Shown: positions 55,201 through 64,000 of the stretch, in pieces
How positions within the stretch are numbered: the first letter of the stretch is position 1
Layout: every line of letters begins with the position of its first letter
Source of the DNA: a virus
Taxonomy: Duplodnaviria > Caudoviricetes
Direction: 5' to 3' (one strand)
DNA: 64,000 nucleotides
Virus record (IMG/VR): IMGVR_UViG_3300032312_001422
Span: 160,001 to 224,000 of that record
Notes under the pieces: generated by a model
Database searches by the model: none
Told to the model about the DNA's origin: nothing
What the model saw: only the letters and a program-made list of their open reading frames with translations
Position numbers and translations under genes: made by a program

Positions 55201-58200
55201 TAGATAGCAAATTCATCATTGCCAGCATTGAGAACTTTGATATAAGTATCTGCTTGTAGTGTTAATTTTCCAAATTCTAAATTATCTGTAACAGTAACAT
55301 CAACAGTTGTAGTTGGGTCAAAATCAACCGAATACCAATCAATGTAATTCCAGTAGAGACTGGTTTTATATGATTGTACCCAGTTGCCAAAGACTCCATT
55401 GCCCAATGGGCGTGTTCCATCTGATGGTACTGCCCAAGCTGTGCCTGTCCAATTGTATATTGCCCACTTGGTAAGATAAGTTGGATCACTGAGTACTAAA
55501 ACTTTATATCCAACAGCCAGATTATCGGTGGTAATGTAAGATAATTCAGATTTGGTATCAATTGCTAAATCGTATTGTCCGGTGCGTGAGCTTGGTACAG
55601 CTTGTTCGCTATTAAGTAAGGTTAATACTTTGCGTTGAGTAACTGGATAGTAGTATAACTTTTGATTTACCTGTGTAATTAAGTTTTTTAATGCGGTATT
55701 GATGTCAATGAACATGGTCTGTCTAGGACGTATGTTAATACCATAACGTTGACTTGCTGGCAGGCCTGGATCAGGGACAGGATTTCCTTCTATGTCTTCT
55801 TCACAAAGACTGTCAATTAATTTATTTACAATGTTGGCAGGCAATTGACTACTGGCACTATTTTCTTGTACTAGTGCATATTCGCTGTGTATTAGTCCGG
55901 CATTGGTGCTTTGGCCGCCTAGATGTAAAACGCTATTTTTTCCCACCAATAGATTTTTAACATTGTATAAAGCTATTGTATCGTTGCGTAGAACTGTGGC
56001 ATATGGTATATTTTGATTTTGTGGATTTTCAATTGCCGAAGTAATGGCAACAATGCTGTTTTGTTTACCAGCACGAGTGTTGGCTTGGTCTCTAAAAGCT
56101 ACCCAAAAATAGTATTTGACCCGCACAGCACCAGACTGATCTACATATCCGTATGTACTGTAAGCTGAGTTGTCTGAGTATAAAGGTATGCCGGATTCTC
56201 CGCTGGCAACAAATTCGCTAGGCAATACAGAACTTTCTACCCACTCGTAAATTTCTATTTTACTTTCAGGAAAACGATTGCCCCAGTGGTTTAATCTATA
56301 AATCAATGAATCTTGTTCATAATTTGTATATCGTAGGTTATCAAGATTCCACCATATGTGGCCAACTTGTGCTGGACCCCAATGGTAATCTTTGTATATG
56401 TTTTGTGTTCCAGCATTGTACGTGGCAGGGTCGTGGTCTAATCGATAATTGATGTCACCAGCAACGCTACTTAAAATTTTACCTTTGGCAGGATCAACTA
56501 TATCCAATGGTGTAATTAAATTATTATTTAACTTGTTGTATATAAAAGATCTGTTGATACTGTCAATGTCAACTTGAGGTTGTTGGCTTCGTGTCAATGC
56601 CCAAGAAGGAGTATTTGTTAAGTTATTAAATGTATATACTATGCCCGATGCAGAATCAGATTCCGGTGCACTGGCCAATAATAGTCCCGGGGCAGCAACA
56701 ATAGCAGAGCCAAAATTATCGCCAGTTTCTAATTGTGCATATCTACCAGTTTCTAATTCTTGAGTAAACGAATATACAACATCAGCGGAATTAGACAAAT
56801 TCATCAAGGGCTCAAATACGTAAACACTACCACTGGCCACAATAGAATCAATAAATTTAGTAGAATTGTTGTCAATCACTGTGACAGAATCGTCAAAAAC
56901 AGTTGTTTCTTCGCTGGCACTACCACGGCTTCCTACTGCAACAAATTTTGCATCTGGACTAACGCTGACTGTGGTACCAAATGAACCCGATTGGTCTCTT
57001 GGGCGAGATATATTCCCAGCACGAACATAATTGTTTCCGGTGTATGTCCAATGTTCAACTATGCCATAAAAATTATCTGTGCCCAATGAAGCAGGAGCAC
57101 CAATGAACACGTTGGCGGCTGTGCTGTCTACACCAATTTGATATCCAAATTGGGCGCCTTGATTTTTATATTCGCTGGTTAATGTTTGTGTCAACGACAA
57201 GGCATTGGTTGTCAAATTGGCTGTGTAATAATAAACATTGCCGTTGTAAGTATAAGTGTTTGTAGCATCAGGTGCTGCAATTAATACGAGAGTTCCGTTA
57301 CCAACAGTTTTGATAACATTACCAAAAGCACCAGTTCCTGTTACAGCGGTGGCCCAGGTATATTTGACATTGGCCCAATTACCATTGGTTGTAGTGTAGG
57401 CTTCAACACGATTGTTGCCACCAATGTATATTTGTTTCATGTCCGCACTCATTGACACGCTAGAGATATTACCTGACATGTTGCCAGTAGTAATAGTTTG
57501 TAACAATGTAATGTTGCCTGCGGTCACGTCAATTTGACGAACATTAGACGTTATTGCAGCAAATTTTTCTGCTGTGGTTTCTAAAAATACGTTGGCCGGA
57601 CACACGTTACCGGTTGTGATGTAGACATTACTCAGATAAGAAATTATAGAATTAACAGGAATAAAATTAACGGCACGAGTGTTGGCTATAATGTTAGCAA
57701 ACGTAGGACCATACACATTACCTGTTGTTACATAGGTATTTGAACCATTGCTAATCTGTGTGTTGATAGCAATTATAGTATTGGCAGTCCAGGCTGTGCC
57801 CAGAGTTGGAAAAGCGTTTGATACCCAAGGAATAGCTATTGTGTTGGCAGTAGTGTTGTCATTGTGTCGGTATACACGAACATTACCTGCGGCAGCAACA
57901 GCCAACAAGTTGCCTTGAGATTCTAGTACGCTTCCAAATTTTGCTTCAGCATTTGAGACTGTGACATTGGCACTATACGTGCCGCCTATGTTGGCAAACA
58001 CCTGTACTTGTTTTTGTCCTGGATTACTGGAATAAAAATATTTGCCTGTGGTACTAATGGTCAATTGACTACCAAATTGATCATTGGCCGTTACTGTATT
58101 GGCAACAAGGTTGCCTGAGGTTGTGTTAGGCCAGGCTTGGTTGAAAGTGTAAACTCCCCAGCCTGCATCTGCGGTAGCTGTGTCAACCCAAATTCTGTCG

Positions 58201-61200
58201 TTGTTAATCCATCCATGCATTGGCAAAAGACCGTCAATCGCTGTCACAGTTGATACTTTAGATGATATCAATTTATATACTGCCGCTTCACTAACAACCG
58301 GGCTGGTTGCAATCAAGTTAGACAATGCTGCTGTGTCTTTTAGTTGTACTGTAACTGTTAAGTCGTTGACAACATCAACTACTTTATAGATGTTGTCATA
58401 ATTGGTACTGAAATTTTCTAAGATAGAATTATCAAAGTATGCAACTTGAAATCCTTTTAGTATCAAAAGATCTCCAACTTGAAATGGATGTCGATCTGTA
58501 AACAATAACTGTGCATAATCATCCAACACATAAGTCAGTGTTGTGGCAGAAATGTCAGTTTCTGTAACACGATACACATTCCATTGATTACCTGTGTCTT
58601 TGGCTGTCCAAATTTTGCTACCAACGCCCACGTCAGGATTTTGATTGTAGTCGTTGATATTAAAGATTGTTAAATCTGCATCATCAACGTGTACATATCC
58701 TGCGGTAGGCAAATCATTGACGTAAAAATCTTTATCTCTGTTGCTGTATATTGCAGTACTGGTGTTAGACAAATTGCTAGAATTGTAAACATTTGATATG
58801 GTCAAATTGGCATTGGCCTGTAAATTAACAATTATGTTGCCAGCAGAGTACGTGTTACCCAGCGTGAATGCCACAGGATTGGTGTTGAAAACAGATTGGT
58901 CTAATACAAATTCTTTAAACTGATTACCATCTAGGTCTCCATACTCACCAACCTTGAATCCCCACTCTTCAAAAATTGCTATATTACCTGTTACGTTGTC
59001 AAAGTTGCCTTTGGTCAAGGCAGTGATAGAATTTAGTGTGCCTTTTTCTTTGATAAGACCCTGATAGAATTTTGTTTGTGTTGCAGTAGTAAGTCCCAGG
59101 TCGGTTAGATAATCTCTTGGTCGGAATCCAATTAGGCCTGCACTGAACAGTTGTAATGTTTCATTGGCCGGCGGCTGGTCAACGTTGTAAATGTTTTCAG
59201 ATTGTTGTGCTAATAGCCCCAGACTTGGCAGTAGTCCAGTTTTTAAATCAGATTCTTGAATTTGTGCCCAATCTGCTACATTGAATTTTGTAGTTGCTGG
59301 TATAGAATCAAGTGCGGTATAATAGTTATTGTTAAAAGTAACAATATCTCCCACTTGATAATCTGTGTCAGCAGTCCAATTAACAACATTTGTGGTGTTG
59401 TACATGTATCCGCTGGCACTGAGTGCGCCAGTCCAGCGTCCAGTTTTGGCCCCCGATAAATTTAATCGATACTGTCTTATTCCTTGTGATGGCACATAGA
59501 TAATGTCGCCAAAGTCACTTTCATTGTCAAATACTAACACATGCTCAAACTGAACTAAATTTAAACTGGCAAAACATATACCTGTTCCGTTGAGTGTGGT
59601 TATACCAAATTGATTGCCAGATGCAAAATTTTCAGTTCTTACAATATTAAAATTTCCACTCTTGATAGGCAAGAAATTTTGATCCAATATGCGGCCTGAA
59701 TTTAGTGTATTGGTTATTTCATCTACCACGGTACCAGATGTTTTCAATATCAATCGATTTGTTGCTGGATTTAATACCAGTACGGTGCCTACTTCCCAAC
59801 CTTGTTGACTCCAGTATAAAAATTCTTTAACGCTGGTTCTAAAGTTTTTTACTTCTTGCAAATCTCGGTCAAATTGATCAAATACAAATCCAATGCTTTC
59901 AAGATATCGTTCATAACTGATCAAGAAATCACTCAATTGTTGTATGTTACGATAGGTGGTGCCATATGGTACCAAAATTGTGCGACTTGTGGTGTCTTGA
60001 TACAGTTTAGCACTAACATCTCCCACTGTGACAGTTTCTGCATTGCCATTGGCAACGCTGGGCAAAATTGTAAAGAATGGATCACTGGTGTTGTATCCAA
60101 CCACACTATATCCAGTGTTGGTACGTTGTACTATTACTGCACTATAGGCAACTACGGCCACAGGTATTGATTTATTTAAATATACATCATAGTTGCTGTC
60201 AGGAATAATAACTCCAGAACGTTTGGCTCCCGGAGTAGTTTGTTCAGCTGTAACTGTTAAAATATTTTTGTCAGTGAATCCGCCAACTTTGTAATTTAGC
60301 TTAACACTTAAATTTTCTAAATAACTAGAAATTTTTTCAACTGGATCTATACCAACGTTTTTAATCACATCAGCAATCCAATTAATGTATCCGCTGGTGC
60401 GGTGTACTACGCCAGTGCGTGTGTCACCATTGATTTTTAAATCAGCCGGGTTAATTTTTTCATTGGTAGCACTACTAAATTGTCCAGTAATGTCGCTAAC
60501 ATAGAATCTTGATGTATCGTATTGTGTTCCAAAGTAACTAGCAGGTTTGGCCATAGCAATAGCCATTTGTACAGCAAATGGGTAGTCACTGCTACGTATC
60601 CATGCTGTTTCTACAGGTCCTTCTTGACCAATCACGTAGTTGTTGCCGGCGGCGGTTAAATTATACTGTTTAACTATGTTGATATCAGTTGGTGGCAACA
60701 AATTTCCGGCGCTGTCTACCGGAATAACCTGAGTTAGTCCAGGGCGAACAAAACGAGCATCAGTATAGGCATTGCCATTGTTCCAGACATAGCCGGCTTC
60801 TAAATCTTCCCAAAGTGTGAAATTACCTCGAGTGTACGGTGCTGAACCGTAACGAGTTTTCCACCAGGCAGGTTCAAATCCAAAGCCCAACATTTCCCAT
60901 GGCGCTCTATTGGGTTGATCGGTATCATACCAATAATTATAAATTGCTCTCCAGTTGCCTTGTAACGGCTTGTCATCTACTGTATCTGTAAATTTTTCAT
61001 AGTTCCAGGTCCAACTGTTGTTGGCATCATACCAACTATTGGTAGTGTAGTCTACATTGTTTGTGCCCGACCATTGTAAAAAATTTCGTGATAGAATTTG
61101 TATAAACTCATCCCGCGAGTATTCGGTTGTTCTAAAGCGTCCGGGAACAATATCATATAAATTGATAATATTTTTAGTATAATCTGCTTTGATATTGTTG

Positions 61201-63998
61201 TAGATACGCTTTTCAAGTTCTAATATATAATCATCGCGGAAGTCACCAAATGCTGGCATCACTGATCCGTCGTGTCCTCTAATAACATCTACAGGAGTCT
61301 GATATGTTGTATCTTGATAAATCAAAGGTTCTGATTTGGGATACAAACCTAGTTTGCTTGGAGTTTCGGGAATAAAGTTTCCGTCGGTGTCAAAGTAATC
61401 TCTAATGACAATCGTATCGTCAATCTCAAACGGGATTGAAAAAGTTACTGCTGGTACTGTGGGACTAAATTCATAGTCCTTGCCCAAGGTCAGTTGCACA
61501 CCATTATGCCAGATTAACACAGCACGATTACTTAATTCAGCAGGATTAAAAATGGTACCAATTTCATAATTGGTTTGTCTAACATTCAATACGGTGTAAG
61601 TTATTGTTGTGTAGTTTCCGCCCTGTGGAACCATGTCTGAATAGTACCAAGGAAAACTGGAATTTTTAACTGAGTTGATATTTCGTAAAATTGTGTCTAC
61701 ACCCGTGATAGGGTCGTTGTAGTTTAGGTCTGACAGGGTTGAGCACAAACTTATAAATTTATTTTTAAATCTACTGTATTCTTTTTTGGCCAAATCAATG
61801 CCATTGACAAAATTAAGCATTGGGTCGTTTAAAAATGTCATTGCATAGACCAATGGGGCAGAGTGTTGATTTAATGTTCCGTTTTGCTGTTTTAGGTACG
61901 TGTCCTGCAGAGGTCTACCACTAACAGCCGTGTTTTCTAAAAGTTTATTGTAGTGAGTTCTAATTTGTCCCAAGGCAATGGTTGAAAAATTTTCATTGAG
62001 AGGATTTTGAATTAGATTTTTTGGAACTTCGTAATGTGCTATTTTACTTGCTGTGTCGCTAAAAATTGCAACGTCAAGTTTGTCGCCTACTGCTGGGTCA
62101 GATAAAAAGACTACAATATTATACATGCCATATGTGGTCAATTCATAATCAACATTTTCTGCCAGCAATATATTGTTTTTATAAACTTTAAGATGTGGTA
62201 TAGTATCGGTTGTTGCGGGCAAAACGTCAACTTGAACAAATGCTCTGTTAACTCCGTTGATGTCAATGACTCGTCCATCAAAGAATTTGGTAAACAGCTG
62301 ATATTGACTACTGTCTTCAGCGCCAGTTACCCAAGAATTTATTTTTGTCTGTGTAGATAGATCATTGTTTTTGATCAAATAGCCTGTGCTACAACTGATA
62401 CTTTGTGTTGCTCCAGTGTTGATATCTGATGTGTAAGTAAAGGAATCTGTATGATAGTAATTTTTAAATACGATGTCGCCAATATTGTTAAAGTTTTGAT
62501 AACTTAGAGGAAATCCTAAAATTGTATCATTGTTACCGGTGCCAACGTTGTAGTTGAAAATCTTGTTGCCAGCAAAGGTTGACCCTGGATAAACAGTTGT
62601 ATCGCTAAAACTATATCCAGCTGCATCAACAAGATCAAACAAGGGAGTTTGATTGATACCAGACTTGGCCTGACTTTCAAACCAATCTGTACCATCAAAG
62701 TAGTAAGTTTTTCCTGCGTTGCTGCCTTCGGTGACCAAAACGTTTTCCCCAGCAAGTACTGGATTGTCGTCTGTGGAAATCAAGTTGATATAATTTTGTC
62801 CGGCTAGGCCTTCAATTACAGTTACTTCCCATATTTTATTTTTAACATTAAGATCATAGTCATTGGCAAATACAACTCTGTGGCCGGGGGCCAAAGTAAT
62901 ACCAGATACCACAGCAGTCGTTTGCCCTTGAACTCGAGTTGCGGGTATAGTTATACCAAATGCATCTGTTTCTGCAAAGGTCACTAGATCCACACTATTC
63001 TTTGCTTGTTGACCAAAGTTAAACAGTTGTAAATCTGGGTCAAACTCAATGATAGGTCTGCGACCAGGCAAATTGAGTCCATAATTTTCAGTGGCATTAT
63101 TGTACTCAGCAGTGGCCGCAATCACATCTTTATGAAACCAACGATTGCTACGTGCCCAAGGATTTCTGTCTCGACTGCCGCGATTGATTGTGATGTAGTC
63201 CGGGCTAGTATCTAATAGGTATCCGTAGGCCTCGGGTACTGTTGTTTGCCCAACCGGTACCAAGTTGATTGCTGTGCCAACACCTTCCACATACCATTCT
63301 CTAACTCTGTAACCCGTGGTTCCGTTCCATTCGCCAACTAGTTCTTCGTTTCGATAAGCCACAGCACCGCCACTGTTACCAGTCACAGTGGCACCCATCT
63401 CATTGAGTGCTGTTAGCCAAGTAGAATAATTGACATATTCAAATTTGTAATATGATGCCGGAGAGACCAAACTGTCAAATTGAATTTTTAATCCATTGGT
63501 AAACACCACACCATTGGGACTGGTATATCCAATTTGACCAATGATTTCTGTGTCAACTTCGATGGTATCTGTTGTGTTGTTTATTATACGTATTTCGCCA
63601 ACAAACCCCGGGTTGCTACTGTCTTGATAATATAAACGATCTGTGTTTGCGGTAATTGCCGGCTCTACGTTATATGCTAAATTATCATTGAGCCAAAACT
63701 TTTGTGAAGCATAGGTTTTACCTGAGCTTATAAAAACTTTTTCTCTTGGTGAAATTGCATTTTCCGGAGACAGTTGTATAATAAAATCTGTAGCAACGCT
63801 ATCAACAGCAACTAAATTAATTTTCCAAGTTTTAACGCGAGTGACATCGTTAATTATATCCCCGGGACGAATACTGGCCACATCCAAACTGGTGTATGCT
63901 GGGTCAACTGCGGGCGTGGTCCAGTATACATTGTCCTCATCGTTGCCAATGAATATTAAAGTTTTATTTTGTAACTGGTTGTTAATTCCATCAATACC
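52257..63998 (-). CDS. Giant (>3,900 aa, 5' truncated) virion protein, baseplate-wedge-like
   Basis: Frame is open to the window edge (37 further codons beyond the TTG at 63887). Contains FG-GAP-like repeats, CBM5/12-like W...Y repeats and GGSGY...P...ISGGGG motifs. Confidence 0.7.
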   Translation of the reverse strand, partial: GIDGINNQLQNKTLIFIGNDEDNVYWTTPAVDPAYTSLDVASIRPGDIINDVTRVKTWKINLVAVDSVATDFIIQLSPENAISPREKVFISSGKTYASQKFWLNDNLAYNVEPAITANTDRLYYQDSSNPGFVGEIRIINNTTDTIEVDTEIIGQIGYTSPNGVVFTNGLKIQFDSLVSPASYYKFEYVNYSTWLTALNEMGATVTGNSGGAVAYRNEELVGEWNGTTGYRVREWYVEGVGTAINLVPVGQTTVPEAYGYLLDTSPDYITINRGSRDRNPWARSNRWFHKDVIAATAEYNNATENYGLNLPGRRPIIEFDPDLQLFNFGQQAKNSVDLVTFAETDAFGITIPATRVQGQTTAVVSGITLAPGHRVVFANDYDLNVKNKIWEVTVIEGLAGQNYINLISTDDNPVLAGENVLVTEGSNAGKTYYFDGTDWFESQAKSGINQTPLFDLVDAAGYSFSDTTVYPGSTFAGNKIFNYNVGTGNNDTILGFPLSYQNFNNIGDIVFKNYYHTDSFTYTSDINTGATQSISCSTGYLIKNNDLSTQTKINSWVTGAEDSSQYQLFTKFFDGRVIDINGVNRAFVQVDVLPATTDTIPHLKVYKNNILLAENVDYELTTYGMYNIVVFLSDPAVGDKLDVAIFSDTASKIAHYEVPKNLIQNPLNENFSTIALGQIRTHYNKLLENTAVSGRPLQDTYLKQQNGTLNQHSAPLVYAMTFLNDPMLNFVNGIDLAKKEYSRFKNKFISLCSTLSDLNYNDPITGVDTILRNINSVKNSSFPWYYSDMVPQGGNYTTITYTVLNVRQTNYEIGTIFNPAELSNRAVLIWHNGVQLTLGKDYEFSPTVPAVTFSIPFEIDDTIVIRDYFDTDGNFIPETPSKLGLYPKSEPLIYQDTTYQTPVDVIRGHDGSVMPAFGDFRDDYILELEKRIYNNIKADYTKNIINLYDIVPGRFRTTEYSRDEFIQILSRNFLQWSGTNNVDYTTNSWYDANNSWTWNYEKFTDTVDDKPLQGNWRAIYNYWYDTDQPNRAPWEMLGFGFEPAWWKTRYGSAPYTRGNFTLWEDLEAGYVWNNGNAYTDARFVRPGLTQVIPVDSAGNLLPPTDINIVKQYNLTAAGNNYVIGQEGPVETAWIRSSDYPFAVQMAIAMAKPASYFGTQYDTSRFYVSDITGQFSSATNEKINPADLKINGDTRTGVVHRTSGYINWIADVIKNVGIDPVEKISSYLENLSVKLNYKVGGFTDKNILTVTAEQTTPGAKRSGVIIPDSNYDVYLNKSIPVAVVAYSAVIVQRTNTGYSVVGYNTSDPFFTILPSVANGNAETVTVGDVSAKLYQDTTSRTILVPYGTTYRNIQQLSDFLISYERYLESIGFVFDQFDRDLQEVKNFRTSVKEFLYWSQQGWEVGTVLVLNPATNRLILKTSGTVVDEITNTLNSGRILDQNFLPIKSGNFNIVRTENFASGNQFGITTLNGTGICFASLNLVQFEHVLVFDNESDFGDIIYVPSQGIRQYRLNLSGAKTGRWTGALSASGYMYNTTNVVNWTADTDYQVGDIVTFNNNYYTALDSIPATTKFNVADWAQIQESDLKTGLLPSLGLLAQQSENIYNVDQPPANETLQLFSAGLIGFRPRDYLTDLGLTTATQTKFYQGLIKEKGTLNSITALTKGNFDNVTGNIAIFEEWGFKVGEYGDLDGNQFKEFVLDQSVFNTNPVAFTLGNTYSAGNIIVNLQANANLTISNVYNSSNLSNTSTAIYSNRDKDFYVNDLPTAGYVHVDDADLTIFNINDYNQNPDVGVGSKIWTAKDTGNQWNVYRVTETDISATTLTYVLDDYAQLLFTDRHPFQVGDLLILKGFQVAYFDNSILENFSTNYDNIYKVVDVVNDLTVTVQLKDTAALSNLIATSPVVSEAAVYKLISSKVSTVTAIDGLLPMHGWINNDRIWVDTATADAGWGVYTFNQAWPNTTSGNLVANTVTANDQFGSQLTISTTGKYFYSSNPGQKQVQVFANIGGTYSANVTVSNAEAKFGSVLESQGNLLAVAAAGNVRVYRHNDNTTANTIAIPWVSNAFPTLGTAWTANTIIAINTQISNGSNTYVTTGNVYGPTFANIIANTRAVNFIPVNSIISYLSNVYITTGNVCPANVFLETTAEKFAAITSNVRQIDVTAGNITLLQTITTGNMSGNISSVSMSADMKQIYIGGNNRVEAYTTTNGNWANVKYTWATAVTGTGAFGNVIKTVGNGTLVLIAAPDATNTYTYNGNVYYYTANLTTNALSLTQTLTSEYKNQGAQFGYQIGVDSTAANVFIGAPASLGTDNFYGIVEHWTYTGNNYVRAGNISRPRDQSGSFGTTVSVSPDAKFVAVGSRGSASEETTVFDDSVTVIDNNSTKFIDSIVASGSVYVFEPLMNLSNSADVVYSFTQELETGRYAQLETGDNFGSAIVAAPGLLLASAPESDSASGIVYTFNNLTNTPSWALTRSQQPQVDIDSINRSFIYNKLNNNLITPLDIVDPAKGKILSSVAGDINYRLDHDPATYNAGTQNIYKDYHWGPAQVGHIWWNLDNLRYTNYEQDSLIYRLNHWGNRFPESKIEIYEWVESSVLPSEFVASGESGIPLYSDNSAYSTYGYVDQSGAVRVKYYFWVAFRDQANTRAGKQNSIVAITSAIENPQNQNIPYATVLRNDTIALYNVKNLLVGKNSVLHLGGQSTNAGLIHSEYALVQENSASSQLPANIVNKLIDSLCEEDIEGNPVPDPGLPASQRYGINIRPRQTMFIDINTALKNLITQVNQKLYYYPVTQRKVLTLLNSEQAVPSSRTGQYDLAIDTKSELSYITTDNLAVGYKVLVLSDPTYLTKWAIYNWTGTAWAVPSDGTRPLGNGVFGNWVQSYKTSLYWNYIDWYSVDFDPTTTVDVTVTDNLEFGKLTLQADTYIKVLNAGNDEFAIYYIDNNLNRVTVGLGSGTVQIPTIETHIPGKEFRQILLSLKNEIFIDDLAIEFNELFFNLIKYALVEQKNLDWVFKTSFISATQYIRKLEQFASYITDNQDFYQSYINEVKPYRTILREFNINYQRDDEFGGDITDFDLAPYWDSNINVYRSPSGELGYDTGLLNNRVYYDWKNNYSYGVVDVVVGAGGSGYVTAPQIIISGGGGTGANAVAQINGFGQVANVTVISAGTGYTSSPAVIINGTGTGAVATAVLRNVFDGNDTGHNVVRSIKTNIKFDRVTYDWKKFSPAIEDWSNSYSTTTGLTNANAAVMWNEVVAGQVIAANTVINLDNEIYQLSIFPHTVSANVDFPLANVLSIDAGALPTANDRIVAYNGNVDLSASAEGIDYPGVIVDGNTYFAYDTVPAWTANTNIATDTQISHSGNIYIVTGNVYATYFANIVANVTQVSGEKIDAIIQSRFADNLGVDSGNIYVDGGEYVDRFSSHAPEELVPGHMFDSLNLKVFSNTAPATNDYAFRLFDNMSEEHTFYRISDEYTTTLARDLLITDDKIFVTDGTRLPNPNRDAGIPGVIFVNGEKISYYRNYAQETITAWTANAVIPTDTVTSFNGNIYLTLGNVYAPNTPWTANTTFGANSYVYFSGNSYRVTGNVNAPYFANISANTALIYNNENSGFATINSNVALIANTANVLGQIRRATDGTAPNSLNTTPWSTNVTLSTGTYITYNGNTYVTTGNVYGFDISWRSNVVLAPNTYFFYGSNVYQVSSNVGANVYGSSFANVSANANVKYTGRIDSGYASIESNVRLLYTGTNNVRHLANTRVVDSSEQQTIPDIVISNTSVVANTAINTTSNVALRLRLNGNITANIGDYILTNIANLRLLETVTTASNIAVLPHTGNIFTGNANTISIVSRITGNATTTATTVMYANVLGQVSSVGNVTILANTYVTQSSIWYGNVTNAFYGNTLANSTTAQASFLMASPGYTP

Positions 63999-64000
63999 AT

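Noticed and set aside
1936-62755. Many short opposite-strand or nested ORFs in the track (e.g. 7392..7688, 8946..9341, 45251..45718, 46901..47497)
   Set aside because: They are shadows of well-supported genes, have no RBS or motifs, and reflect codon bias of the real strand.
1-64000. Stop-codon reassignment (alternative genetic code), as in some jumbo phages
   Set aside because: Genes are full length and tightly packed under the standard code. The only interruption is a single frameshift.

Overview
This window is a 64 kb segment of a large lytic dsDNA phage, most likely a jumbo myovirus. Virion gene style suggests a distant relative of RaK2/PBECO4-type phages (inference, no search run). It reads in the standard genetic code with dense, overlapping genes and has three blocks. 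(1) 1-16.9 kb, plus strand: the tail of a 5'-3' exonuclease, small genes, a promoter-to-terminator unit (HNH protein, two further putative nucleases, ABC-ATPase/GNAT fusion, SGNH protein), a MoxR AAA+ ATPase and its HEXXH/VWA partner, DHFR, ThyA, an NDP-sugar epimerase/dehydratase and a DegT aminotransferase. (2) 16.9-43.5 kb, almost all minus strand: a glycan-biosynthesis/tailoring cluster. It holds six radical SAM enzymes (five with an N-terminal Twitch/SPASM-like domain), five GT10-like, two GT8-like and two GT-A-like putative glycosyltransferases, six SGNH-like proteins (nine in the window), a NodU-type carbamoyltransferase, two 2OG-Fe(II) oxygenases and an APS-kinase/nucleotidyltransferase fusion. 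(3) 43.5-64 kb, minus strand: virion genes, including three fibre-like paralogues and a >3,900 aa baseplate-like protein truncated by the window edge. The best candidate for an undescribed system is the virion-adjacent glycan cluster, possibly a phage virion-glycosylation pathway. Other notable items are the nuclease plus ABC-GNAT unit, a UUU-UAA 'shifty stop' splitting one radical SAM gene, two divergent genes sharing one CATG, and an unannotated 33-aa coupled ORF. All family assignments come from motifs read by eye.
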